Below, one piece after another: positions 25,910 through 38,825 of a stretch of 64,000 nt of DNA (positions are counted from its first letter, which is position 1; each line of letters starts with the position of its first letter). This DNA is from Torpedo marmorata (taxonomy: Eukaryota): NCBI GenBank assembly GCA_977017645.1, contig OZ360237.1, forward strand, positions 29,884,001 through 29,948,000. Direction: 5' to 3'. The notes beneath the pieces are model-generated. The model saw nothing but the letters and a program-made list of their open reading frames with translations. It made no database searches and was not told the DNA's origin. The position numbers and the translations under genes were made by a program.

Positions 25910-26813
25910 TGTTACAGAATCAAACCAGCAACGACAGAAGACGCAATGCAAAAGGGGTAAAAATTGAAATTATTATTTATTAAACACAAGTAAACATATA
26001 ATTTCACAACAATTAACCCCACTATAAACGTCTATAAACTCTATTCTTATCTAAAAGGTGTATGTGTGTGTGTGTAAAGCCCAGACCATTACAGTCTGTG
26101 CCCAACCCTTATGTAAAAAATGGAAAAACTTTCCCCAAAAACCCCAGGTCAGTCATAAAACAACAAGTCAGTCATAAAAAAAGATAAACAGTCCACAAGA
26201 TTCACTCTCTAAGTTCAGGCTTCACTTCAGCTCTGGGTCTGGTAGAAGTACTTCTGAATGAACGTTGGAGAGAGACAAATGACTGTTATGCTTACAAATA
26301 CTTGTTTTCTTCTCTGATGACATCCCCTTCTTGTAGGTTCATAAGGATTGCAAGTTCCAGATCAGTATACCACTGATTTAGGCGTATGCTTGAATCTCAC
26401 AGCTAGTCTCGCTGATCTCACGCCTGTTCTCCACAGAAGTTGCTTTTCTCTCAGAATTTCTCTCTGAGACAGGAGGCCATGTGCTATTTTGCCAGATTTT
26501 CTCTGACTGCACACACCCCTGGATACTGGCTGTGTTCTGTAGCCTTGCAACTCACAACTGTGTCTGCTTTGCAGAGATCTGCCCCTGCTTTTTGCAGAAG
26601 TGAAACAAATGTATCTTATCCAGTCTGTCTCTCTTTCTCTGGTCTCTCTCTGTCTGGGTACACCAAAAGTGTGCAACAATGTATCTTGTCTGGGTACACC
26701 AAGTAGCTGGGGAAGTTAACTCTTTCAGTACCTGGCCCCAGTGTATACTCCAAAAGAATTCATCCTTCCTGCTAACCGTCCGCAGTCCAAATGGTCAGTC
26801 ATGGTCCATAACA
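25910..26813 (-). repeat. 5' LTR (904 bp)
   Basis: Near-identical to 20916-21819; only three substitutions seen by eye. Confidence 0.95.
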
Positions 26814-29197
26814 CTACACAATCCAACAGTTTCTATTTTACTTTGTAGTCCTATATTATTTCATCAGTTTACTCAAGTATCAGGTTGAGCCCAGGCAGTA
26901 ACTTGTTTCCAATTACACAAAACTACAAAATGGAGCTAAAATTTCACTCCACTAATTTTACAAACAAGTCTATCAGATCTGTGTGATGTTAAGTTGAAAC
27001 AGAACTAAAGTAACTGTTTTTGAAGAGTTTCACTTTTTCATGGAGTCTGACCATCAATAAAAATTAAATTTTCTTCAAATGATGTTTAATTTACAGTTTA
27101 ACAGAAACCTAAATTAGTCATTCTCAGCTGACATAGCAACAGAATGGAGCATGATTCCTTGATGGAATCTTACTCCGGTTTTGTCTTCAACTATTTCAAC
27201 TATCATTAGTTTCAAACTAATGTTACAATAACAGGGTAAATGCATCTTTACATTTATATGTGAACATATTCTTGTACCCTTTTTACTGCCATAGCAGTGC
27301 AAGATTATGGTTTCTCAGCTGCATTCATTGTCTTAAGTTGAGCTTGCAATATTGGTGCTTAATTAAAAACTCTTGCAATACTAGTTTGGTTTAACATTTT
27401 TGTGAATGTTGCAGGTAAAAATAATCAGTTCACTTCCTGCAAGTTATTTTTAGTGAATTCAATGGCTCAAATCAAGGATGTATAATGGCAATTTTATAAG
27501 TAGCTATCCACTGTATCCAAGACTATGTAGGGGGCTGGATCTCTGATAATTTTGGGGCAAGGTAAAAATAGCCTAACTCTCAAAAAAAAACAAGACTCCA
27601 AGGGAAGGAAATCTCATCTATTTTAGCTTTTGACACAATTTACAGATTTATGAGGTGGTTAATTTCAATTCACATCCTCATTAAAGGGTTAATTAAAAAC
27701 AAAATCTAACCTAAAATCATCAAAATCTCTTGCTAATTTAATCTGCAACAGTAGACCATTAAGATGATCCTACCAGGTGACAGAAATCCATTATGAAATT
27801 GCCTGCACTGACGCAAGTTTGGTTTGAAGTTATCTTGCATGTTGCAATGTGGATCAGGAAATCACAAGTATAATGCTTGTATTTTTCTTTCACTCCACAT
27901 ATCATTTGATTTTATGATAATCAATTTGGAAGATTACATGTTCTGTTCACTATTTAATCCTATGGTGAACTAAGCATTTACGCTGATATAAGAGTTCACA
28001 TTTGAATCAGCAGGTGCAAGGGCTAAATGGTCACAGGTGGAGAGCAAGTTCAGCTGGAGGAGGCAGGCTGTCATATGAAGGCACAGTTTCTATTGGTTAG
28101 CGGCATAAAATATGTGAAATTGTCAAAGCAGAGCAAAGGTGAGATAAATTTTAAATGCAAATTACATAAAGCGGTGGGTTAAAAATTTTCAACTTGTATT
28201 TTTGGTTTAATTTGGCACATTTCTTCAATATTTATTAAGGTTTTGAAAAATAAGTTCTTAGTTATTTAGTTATATTAGTTATGTTATTTCTAGTTATTTG
28301 AAAAAATCAGTCAATAGATACATTTACCATCAGACAATGCAACAGAGTCAGAATCAGTAAATAATAACAATAACAGGCTAGTTCAGACATTATCAGAATA
28401 ATTTTATTTAATATAATTGTAGAGACACTTTTTTCATCTACATCCACCCACTTTTAATCTTCTAGGCGTTGTTACCACTCTCGTAGCATTGATAATGGTA
28501 TCTCACAAACAAATGGAGTTGTCAGTATTCTTCATGAGTACATTGAAGGCTATTATTGGAATTCTTTTACCAGGTGAAAAAAAAAATCCAGGAAAATCTT
28601 TGGAGGTATTTTGGGTTCTAATTGGTTAAAATCAAATTTAAGCCTTAAAAGCAATTCAAGCAAGGCTAGCCGCGATAATGGCTGTGCTTCCACTTCAAGC
28701 AAACAAGATCAGTTACTGCCAATGCATTGAGAGAGTTAGCCAGGTTTGGTTCATTTTATGTAATTTTAGAATTGCGATAAATGCCAGATGAGAAATTAAT
28801 GACAAAATACGTATGTTATCGAGCAGCAAGAAATCAACAACCTTCAGTCAACTAACATAATTATTTTCCAATCTTCTTTAGAGTTTGGGAATATTAGGTA
28901 GAGCTTTACATAAAAAATACGTAAATAGGAGCAGGAGCAGGCGAACTGGCCCATCAAGCCTGCTCCACCATACAATAAAATCAAGGCTGATCTGCTGTAG
29001 ACACAGGTTCCACTTACCCGCCTATTCCCCCATTACTCTTTATTCCCTTCAAAATCTATCTGTCTTAAATACCTTTACTGCTTCATTGGGCAGAGATTTC
29101 CACAGATTCACTTCTCTCTGGGAGAAGCAGTTCCTCCACATAATCTTCTTGAATCTACTCCCCTGAATCTTGAGGCTATGTCCCCCAGTTCTAGTCA

Positions 29198-30370
29198 GAT
29201 TTCACATTTATTGTCAGAGTACATACATGACATCACATACAACCCTGAGATTCTTTTTCCTGCGGGCGAGGCAGAATTACCACTTATTGGTAGTGCAAAA
29301 AAAAACGGACTCAACATACACATGTGAACAAATAATGTGAACAAACTGACTGTGCAATACAGAGAGAGAAAAATCAATAAAGTGAAAAAGTAAGAGTCCT
29401 TAAATAAGTCCCTGATTGAGTTTGTTGTTGAGGAGTCTGATGGTGGAGGGGTAGCAGCTGTTCCTGAACCTGGTTATGCGAGTCTTGTCGCACCCATACC
29501 TATTTCCTGATTGTAGCAGCGAGAACAGAGCGTGTGCTGGGTGATGTGGATCCTTGATGATTGCTGCTGCTCTCTGACAGCAGCATTCCCTGCAGATGTT
29601 CTCGATGGTGGGGTCGGTTTTGGGCTGTCCTGGGCTCTGTCCACTATCTTTTGCATGGCTTTCTGCTCAGGGGTATTGGTGTCCCCATACCAGACCGTGA
29701 TGCAGCCAGTCAGCACACTTTCCACCACATATCTGTAAACATTTGCCAAGGTTTCTGGTGTCATACCAAACCTCCGCAAACTCCTGAGGAAGTAGAGGCG
29801 CTGACGTGCTTTCTTCACGATGCCATTAGTGTGTTGGGTCCTCTGAGATAGTGACTTCCAAGACCTTAAATTTGCTCACCATCTCTGACCCCCAATGATA
29901 GATGGGTCGTATACACCTCTGGTTTTCCCTTCCTGATGTCAATAATCAGCTCCTTGGTTTTGGTGACATTGAGTGAGAGGTTGTTGTTGGTGCACCATTC
30001 AGCCATGTTTTCAATCTCCCTCCTGAATGCTGACTCATCACCCCTTTTTATACAACCCACTACCGTGGTATTGTCAGCAAATTTGTAGATGGTGTTATTG
30101 TCGTACCGAGCCACACAGTCATAGGTGTCAGGTGAGTAGAGCAGGGGGCTAAGAACGCAGCCCTGTGGTGTTCCGGTACTGATGGAGATTGTGGAGGAGA
30201 TGTTCTTACCAATCCTTACTTATTGTGGTCTGGAGGTGAGGAAATCCAGGATCCAATTACTCAGTGGGGTGTTGAGTCCAAGGTCTTGGAGTTTGCTGAT
30301 CAATTTTGAGGGGATGATTGTGTTAAATGCCAAACTGTAGTCGATGAAGAGCATCTTGATGTATGCATCA
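29198..30370 (-). mobile_element. Rex1/Babar LINE, 5'-truncated
   Basis: IYKFADNTTVVG, WCTNNNLSLNVTKTKELIID and KKARQRLYFLRSLRRFG motifs; tail ...TGACAATAAATGTGAAATCTGA. Confidence 0.85.
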
Positions 30371-30964
30371 GAGTTGTCACTAGAAATAACCTCCCTGCTT
30401 CTATCTCACCTACTCCTTTCACAATTTTATATATTTCCATTTGATTCCCCATCATTCTTCTAAACTCCAATGAGCATAGTCCCAGGCCACTGAATCCCTC
30501 CTCAGATGCTTACCCCCTCATTTCTGGAATCAATTTGATAAACCTGCTCTCCATTCCCAGTGTATCCTTTCTCAAGTAAGAGATCAGAATTGAGCGCAGT
30601 ACTCCAGATGTGGCCTCTCCAGTATCCTTATTAGTTGCAGCAGAACTTCTCTGCTCTTAAATCCAATCCTTCAAGTAATCAAGGCCAACATCCCATCTTC
30701 CTTCTTGATTAGCTGCTGCAGCTTCAAACTACGGTAATCTATTGTGATTCATGCACAAGCACTTCCAGGCCTCTTTGCATGTTGCAATGTTTCACAATTT
30801 AAATAATAGTCTAATTTAGTGTGGTTTCTTCCAAAGTGGATGACCTCACATTTACCGACATTGTACTCCACCTGCCAGACCCTTTCCCACTCACTTCACC
30901 TATCTACATCTCTCTGCAGACTGTGTCCTCGAAACAATTTGGTTATTTTTCACTCTATTTAGAG

Positions 30965-31339
30965 CAGTGGTTTTCAAACTGCCCCCCTCAACTCACATTC
31001 ACCTTAAGCAATCCCTATGCCATAAGTGCTCTGTGATTAGTAAGGGATTGCTTAAGGTGGTATGTGAGTGGAAAGAAAAAGATTTGAAAACCACTGTTTT
31101 AATCGTACCTAATTGACTCGCTATGTGCATGGTTTCATAACTCCAAAGGAAATGGGCCAATGCCAATTTTTCTGAAGCAAAATATTTCAGTAACAATTGG
31201 GTCAAGAGCAGTGGTTCTCAACCTTCCCTTCCCACTCACATACCACCTTAAGCAATCCCTTACCAATCACAGAGCACTTATGACAAAGGGATTGCTTAAG
31301 GTGGAATGTGAGATTAGGGGGGCAGTTTGAAAACCACTG
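30965..31339. mobile_element. hAT (Charlie-like) MITE built from two palindromic units
   Basis: TIR CAGTGGTTTTCAAACTGCCCCCC; 8-bp TSD ATTTAGAG at 30957-64 and 31340-47. Confidence 0.9.
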
Positions 31340-32189
31340 ATTTAGAGTCATCGGCAAATTTGGAGACACTTGATCCCCTCCCCCAAATCACTTATGTATA
31401 TTGTGAACAGTTGTGGGCCCAATCCATGTGGTACTCCACTAACCACTGATTGTCAACCAAACACCTATTTATCCCAATTCTCCACCTTCTATTAATCAAT
31501 GCTCTTTTGTCTTAACTCTGTGCATCCTTATGCAGAAGTCTTATGTGCAACACCTTAATGAACACCTTTTGGAAAACTAAATATATCACATTCACCTGTT
31601 CTCTTCTACCCACTGCACTTGTTATATCCTCAAAGAAATCCAGTATATTAATTAAACATGAACTGGTCCACCTAATGGAACAATTTCTATCCAGATGTCT
31701 CACTATTTTTTCCTTAATGGTAGCTTTCAGCATTTTTCTGACCATGGACATTAAGCTAATTGGCCAATAGTTACCTGCCTTTTATCTACCTCCGTTCTTA
31801 AACAGTGATGTTACATTTGCCTTCTTCCAATCTGTCGGACCTGCTGAAAGTCCAGAAAAATTTGGTAAATTACCACAAATGCACCTGCTATAACTTTCAC
31901 CATTTCTTTCAGACTCTGGAATACATTCAATCAGGACTAGAGGATTTATGTACCTTTTGGCTCACTAGTTTGCCGAGCATTTCAGCTTTAGATCCTCATC
32001 TCCTATCACCTTCTTAACATCACTCTTTGGTATCTTACCTGTGACTTGCAATGTGAAGTCCAACACAAAATACTTGTTCAAGGCGTCGGCCATTTTTGTT
32101 TTATCCATTATTTATTCCCCCTTCTCGTCGTCAAAGGCACTTACCGGAATGTTTTCTGTATCCACTCTTATCCCTCATTTATTTCTCTT

Positions 32190-32229
<40 letters not shown>

Positions 32230-32242
32230 ACTAACACAGAAT

Positions 32243-32698
32243 NNNNNNNNNNNNNNNNNNNNNNNNNNNNNNNNNNNNNNNNNNNNNNNNNNNNNNNNNN
32301 NNNNNNNNNNNNNNNNNNNNNNNNNNNNNNNNNNNNNNNNNNNNNNNNNNNNNNNNNNNNNNNNNNNNNNNNNNNNNNNNNNNNNNNNNNNNNNNNNNNN
32401 NNNNNNNNNNNNNNNNNNNNNNNNNNNNNNNNNNNNNNNNNNNNNNNNNNNNNNNNNNNNNNNNNNNNNNNNNNNNNNNNNNNNNNNNNNNNNNNNNNNN
32501 NNNNNNNNNNNNNNNNNNNNNNNNNNNNNNNNNNNNNNNNNNNNNNNNNNNNNNNNNNNNNNNNNNNNNNNNNNNNNNNNNNNNNNNNNNNNNNNNNNNN
32601 NNNNNNNNNNNNNNNNNNNNNNNNNNNNNNNNNNNNNNNNNNNNNNNNNNNNNNNNNNNNNNNNNNNNNNNNNNNNNNNNNNNNNNNNNNNNNNNNNN
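32243..32698. other. Assembly gap (456 N)
   Basis: Run of N, flanked by a 14-bp inverted repeat. Confidence 1.
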
Positions 32699-33347
32699 AT
32701 TCTGTGTTAGTTTGCTTTTATAATCCATATTTCCTTTCTTTATTGCTTTCAATTTTTTTGTTGCTTTTTAAAGTTTTCTCAATTTTCTAGTTTTCCACAA
32801 CCCTTGGCCATTTTGTATGCATTAGCTTTTAACGATGCCTTTTTAAATTTCCTTTGTTATCAATGGCTGGCTATCCCTGCCCTTACTGTCCTTGTTTTTG
32901 ACTGTTATACACTTTTGTGAGCAGTGTGAAAAATATATTTGGATATTCCTCAACTGCCCCACCATAAAATCTTTGCTGCCAGTCTATGTTAGCCTTGGAT
33001 GAATCAGAAGATTCACAACTTGCTGAGGGTGACATCAAAGGCGTTTAAGGCCGGGGATCCAGATCCCTACAAGAAGTCCAGGTACGACCTGCAGAAAGCT
33101 ATCTCTGCAACAAAGAGGCAAATCTGGAGGAAGCTAGAGACAGAGACAGATACATGCCAGCTATGGCAGGGAGTGCAGGCTATTACATCCTACAAAGCGA
33201 GGGCGAACACCATAGATGGCCGTGATGCTTCATTACCCGATGAGCTGAACACCTTCCATGCCCGCTTTGAGAAGGGAAACCCAACAGTGCCTATGTGAAT
33301 TCCTGCAAAGACTGAGCATCCTATGATATCTGTCTCTGAGGCCGACG

Positions 33348-34778
33348 CAGTGGCGTATCTAGATTAAATAGCGCCTATGGCAAGCACTGAAATTGCGCCT
33401 CCCCCGTTAAAAAATCGCACATAAAGTTTACAGTTGGGCGGTTTTCACGCACAATTGGGCTAGTTTTGAAGATCGGCTGCGTGTGTGTTGGGCACTTTCT
33501 CAGAGGTCATGAATTTCCGTTCCCTAAATCAGCACCGTTCCTCACAGCCGGGTTCATTGTAACAGGGTTAGAAGTGGGATGGGCGAAAGAATTTTAACGG
33601 GGAGAAGCAGTCTCTCGCGCTCTCTCCCTCCCTCCCTCCCCCTCCTCTGTTAAAAGCCGCTGCGCCTGCTATGCGATTAAACTCGTTTGCTTTGTTCAAG
33701 AAACCAACGTGTTGAATATAGAGTATATTGACGTGCAGCCACTCCAGAGCCAGGCACAGGAGCGCGCTGTCCGGAAAACTGCAAACGCATTGCTGTTAAC
33801 TGCCGTCGCACCGGTGATGACTGAATGCCGCGCCTCCCGCACTCAAGGCCGGGCTGAACCGGCCTGACTGCAGAGCTGAGAAGGGCAGCCTGTACCTAAA
33901 CTTCCTTTCTCATCCCGGAATAACTCTGCCCGGCTTCAGTGGGGAACAGAACATGCACATGGGGGGTTGGGGTGAACTCTTGAATTCTCACTGCTGCAAT
34001 TCCCCCGCTTACTTCAATGAAAACTCCGACTCTCCCTTTGTTTTGCAAGAGTCCGCTGCAGGCCACAGATAACACAAGGGGTCTCCCGGTGAAGATAAAC
34101 ATTGGGCAAGTCAGGGGCGGGTTTTTTTCCCCCGCTCCACACACATAATCCCTCCCCTTCCACTTTGCAGGATTCAAACATAAACGTTGCTGCCACATCA
34201 GGGCGAAATAAAGTCTTACCTGCGATTGCTCAGAGGGTCGACAGCACCCCCTCTGAGGTCTGGTTCGTCAAATGGTAGCATCAGCCCTGGGTGCAGTGCT
34301 GCTGGAGCTCACCGGAGCACTGCTCCGGTACCTCACCGGGCCGGCACCTCACCAGGCCGCTCCGGCACTTCACTCAATGCGGGATCAATGGGCAAAATGG
34401 CTGTCTTCCTTACCCATAATCCCCCACGCAGCTGGAACCGCTGTGCGTTTCCCTGGCACTGGCAGAACAGTTCCAGCTGCGTGGGGGATTATGGGTAAGG
34501 AAGATGGCCATTTTTCCCATTGATCCTGCATTGAGTGAGGTGCCGGAGCGGCTTCGAAGTGGCCCGATGAGATGCCGGCCTGGAGCGGCCCGGTGAGGTG
34601 CCGGAGCGGCGCTCTGGGGCGCTCAAGTGAGCCCCGGCAGCACCGCACCCCTGGGATGGAGATTCATTGTTAGGCTAGGGACTCGGATATTGGGCGGGCG
34701 AGGCGAGGACAGTGGCGCCCCCCTGCAAGTGGCGCCCAGGAAATGTGCCCTAGCTGCCATACCCTAGATACGCCTATG
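33348..34778. mobile_element. Non-autonomous hAT DNA transposon (GC-rich) with long internal palindrome
   Basis: TIRs CAGTGGCGTATCTAG / CTAGATACGCCTATG; 8-bp TSD GGCCGACG / GGCCGATG (consistent with CpG decay); no transposase ORF. Confidence 0.85.
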
Positions 34779-36215
34779 GGCCGATGTCAGAGCATCGTTC
34801 AAGAGGGTGAATCCTCGCAAGGTGTCAGGCTTGATGGCGTACCTGGCAAGGTACTGAAAATCTGTGCCAACCAACTAGCCGGAGTGTTCACGGACATTTT
34901 TAATCTCTCACTGCTGCAGTCGGAGGTTCCCACCCGCTTCAAAAGGGCACCAATCATCCCGGTGCTCAAGAAGAGCAGAGTGATCTGCCTCAACAACTAT
35001 TGCCCACTACCATGAACATCTACTGTGATGAAATGCTTTGAGAGGTTGGTCAAGGCCAGAATTAATAGGTACCTAGGCAAAGGACTGGCCCCACTGCAAT
35101 TCGCCTATCTTCACAATCTCTCCACAGCAGACGCAATATCAATAGCTCTCCACTCAGCTCTGGATCACCTAGAAAACAGCAACTCATGCAATCGGCTGCT
35201 CTTCATTTACTACAGCTCAACCTTCAACACCAATATTCCCTCAGTGCTGGTCAACAAGGTCCAAACCCTGGGCCTCTGCACCCCTTCTGCAACTGGATCC
35301 TTGACTTCCTTATTGGAAGACCACAGTCAGTATGAATTGGAAACAATGTCTCCTCCTCACTGATGATCAATACAGGCACACCTCAAGGATGCGTGCTTAG
35401 CCCACTGCTCTATTCACCGTACACTCATGACTGTGTGGCTTAGCATAATTCCAATGCTATCTACAAATTTGCCGATGACACCACGGTTGTCAGCAGAATC
35501 ATAAACGACAATGAGGAAGTGTACAGGAGGGAGATAGATCAGCTAGTTGATTGGTGTCACACCAACAACCTTGCACTCAACGTTAGCAAAACCAAGGAGA
35601 TGATTGTGGACTTCTGGAGGAAGTCAGGAGAACACGGATCAGTCCTCATCGAGGGCTCAACAGTGGAGAAGGTCAAGAACTTCAAATTCCTGGGTGTCAA
35701 CATCTCCGAGGATCTGTCCTGGGGCCTCCATGTCGATGCAATCACGAAGAAGGCTCGCCAGCGGCTATACTTTGTGAGGAGATTCGGTATATCACTGAAG
35801 ACTCTTGAAAATGTACAGGTGTAACGTGGAGAGCTTACTGGCTGGTTGCATCACTGTCTGGTACGGAGGTGCCAATGCTCAGGACAGGAAAAAACTCCAG
35901 AGGGTTGTTAACTCGGCCTGCGACATCACAGGCACCAGTCTTCACTCCATCGAGGACATCTACAAGAGGCGGTGACTTAAGAAAGCAGCCTCTATCCTCA
36001 AGGACCCCCACCACCAGGCCATGCCCTCTTCATTCTGCTGCCATCAGGAAAAAGGTACAGGAGCCTGAAGACGAGCACTCATCGGCACAGCTTCTTCCCC
36101 TCTGCCATCAGATTCCTGAATGAACAATGAACCACAGACACTGCCTTACTTTGTCTTTTTCTTGCACTATTTTTAAAAATTTATTTCGTAAGGTGGTTTA
36201 TATAAATGTTTGCAC

Positions 36216-38043
36216 ACCAAAGTCATTCCATTGGTTAAATTTGACTGTACGGAATGTAAACGTATAGATTTGTTTAAATGGATTAAAGAGGGTATAAAAT
36301 ATCTTGGTATAATGGTAGATACTGATTTAAAAAATTTATATGCTTAATTATTCTCCACTTCTTTGTAAAATTGAAGAAGATTTATTGAGATGATGTCATT
36401 ATCTATTACCTTGATTGGTTGGGTTAATTGTGTTAAAATGAATATATTACCAAGAATACAATATTTATTTCAGTCTCTACCTATTTTTTTACCCAAAACT
36501 TTTTTTCAAAATTTGGATAAAATTATTGGGCGATTTATATGGAGAAATAGCTAGAATGGCTACACGAAAATTAACATGGGATTATAGACTGGGGGGTCTC
36601 CGTTTACCTAACTTTAGAAACTATTATCTAGCTGCACAGCTGCGATTTATTATATCTTTTTTTGAAGGGGTTAATACACCATCTTGGATACAACTTGGTC
36701 TACATCCCTTGAAAGAAGAAGTTTATAGTGATCTTATATATAAATGGAATTTTAAAACTATAACTAAAAGAACTGATAATTCAATTTTAAAACATTTGCT
36801 TAAGATTTGGGGGGATACCCATGAAGGTTTGAGAATTAAAAATATAGTGTCACCTAAAACATCCTTAAGAAAGAATGAACTTATACCTATGACTCTTAAT
36901 AATAGAGCAATGAAATTTGGAATAGTAAAGGAATTAGATATATAGAAGACTGTTATGAAAATGCACTTCTTATGTCTTTTGAAGGATTGAAAGAGAGGTA
37001 TAATTTACCAAATAGAACTTGTTTTTTTGATATTTTCAGTTACGTTCATATCTTAGGAATACTTTAGGACCTGATATGGTCCTACCCTCATTGACAGATG
37101 CAGAAAAAATACTTCAAGAAGGAAATACGTATAAATTTATTTCAAGAATGTATTTATTGTTACAAGATCAAGAGCCTAAATTGGGACATAATAAGTCCAG
37201 GATAAGATGGGAATCAGACTTAGTTAGGTATAGTAATTGATGAAGAATTATGGTTAGAATTGTGTCAGAATAGTATGTTAATTACTATAAATGTACGTTA
37301 TAGATTGGTCTCCTATAATTTTCTTCATCAATTATATTTGACCCCACAGAAATTACATAAATTTAAACCAGAATTATCAGAGATGTGTTTTAGACGTGGA
37401 ATGGAGGTTGGTTCTTTTTTACATTCGACATGGATGTGCTGTAAATTGAGACAATTTTGGCATAATCTCTGTGACATCTTATCTAAAGTTACTGGAGTTA
37501 CTCTAATTTTAGATCCAGAGATATGCCTTTTGGGAAGTTTTACTACTATTAAGGACACCCTAACCAGATATCAAATTATATTTTTGGGAATAGCTTTTTG
37601 TGTGGCTAGAAAGTGTTTAGTGACTACTTGGAAGTCAGATTCCCCATTGTCTATTGATAGATGGACCTCAGAAATAAATAGTTGTATTCCATTGGAGAAA
37701 ATTACGTATAACATTAAAAACAAACAGGTTATTTTTTATAAAATTTGGCAACCTTATTTAGATTATTTGGGATCAGGATAAATTAAATTAAAGAAGATTT
37801 GCTATTAATTAGTTGCCGGGAAGCAATTATATAAACATTGTCGACCATTTGTTTTGTTTAGTTTGTTTTTTTTGGTATTTTTTTGGGGGGGGAGGTTTGG
37901 GGTAATTGGGTTTTTTTCGTTTTTTAAATTTCTTTTTATTATATATGTTACATTTATTGTATTACTATATAATGTGATAACTATTTTTGAAGTATTTTGT
38001 TAAAAATGAAAATAAAATATTTTTAAATATATAAAATAAAAAA
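36216..38043 (+). mobile_element. L1-clade LINE, 5'-truncated (ORF2 C-terminus, 3' UTR, A-rich tail)
   Basis: GGLRLPNFRNYYLAAQ and the HQLYLTPQKLH...C...H..W.C..L..FW zinc region; G-rich 3' UTR; 14-bp TSD ATAAATGTTTGCAC (36202-15, 38044-57). Confidence 0.88.
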
Positions 38044-38409
38044 ATAAATGTTTGCACTATGATGCTGCCGCAAAACATCGAATTTCATGACATGTTCATG
38101 ACAATAAATTCTGATTCTGATTGCCAACTCCTACCTCCCCAATGTTGTCTTCTTTGTTCAGGCATAAGAATCTAGTTTTAGATCTTGCTTTCTCACCCCC
38201 CATCTGTATTATAAATTCAACTATACTGTGATCACTTTTTGAGAGGATCCTTATCTATGACATCATTAATTTTACCTGTCTAATTACACAGGACCATAAA
38301 CATCAATTACAAAATCAGCAATTGAAACAAAATTTTCATACACTCCAGATGCTAGTGTTGCATAAACAAGGCCAAAAATGTCACTACAGAAAGCAATGCT
38401 TCTAAACAT

Positions 38410-38825
38410 TCTGCAAAAAGAATTGTTATAGAATATTTGGGAAATGTGATAAACTAAAAAGTGAAAAATACATAATTAGAGTAAAACCCCTGGTATCCGG
38501 TACCTATGAGGATTGGTAGATGCCGGATAAGTGTATTTTCTGGTTGCTTGAGATTGCGTGTATTGGCGAATGAACGGCGAGGCGCGCCAATTTTAAACCT
38601 CCGTATTTTTTCCTATTTATTTTCTGCGATTTCTTTGCTGATTGCTTGAATTCCGGATTGCAGGGGTTTTACTGTACTATGGTCTGCAAAAAGAATGAAC
38701 AAATATTTAGGAAATGTGAGTAAACTGGTGAAAAATACATCATTACTATTGTCTGTAAAAAGAATGATCAAATATTTGGGAAATGAGACTAAATTAAATA
38801 GTGAAAATACATAATTATTATAGTC
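38410..38825. repeat. Three diverged ~70-bp tandem units split by the MITE
   Basis: TCTGCAAAAAGAAT...AATATTTGGGAAATG...GTGAAAAATACAT.ATTA occurs three times. Confidence 0.75.
38479..38674. mobile_element. Tc1/mariner-pogo (Tigger-like) MITE
   Basis: Ends (C/G)AGTAAAACCCCTG...CAGGGGTTTTACTG, flanked by TA on both sides. Confidence 0.8.

Larger units (their letters stand above)
20916..26813 (-). mobile_element. Full-length Gypsy LTR retrotransposon, Gmr1-like domain order (PR-IN-RT-RH), RT core deleted
   Basis: Two 904-bp LTRs with TGTTA...TAACA ends, 4-bp TSD CTAC (20912-15 and 26814-17), PBS, PPT and a single long ORF. Confidence 0.95.
32995..38121 (+). mobile_element. Rex1/Babar LINE interrupted by a hAT element and an L1
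   Basis: RT motifs LKICANQLAGVFTDIFNLSL, MKCFERLV, QFAY, KFADDTTVV and KKARQRLYF; the tail resumes at 38044 and ends TGACAATAAATTCTGATTCTGATT. Confidence 0.85.
28915..38300 (-). mobile_element. Degenerate CR1 LINE acting as host of a transposon nest
   Basis: CR1 segments at about 28915-29197, 30370-32995 and 38122-38300 (e.g. SCLINILDFFEDITSAV...DVIYL-like), interrupted by younger insertions. Confidence 0.7.

Noticed and set aside
32041-32790. 249-aa and 173-aa ORFs
   Set aside because: They span the N gap.
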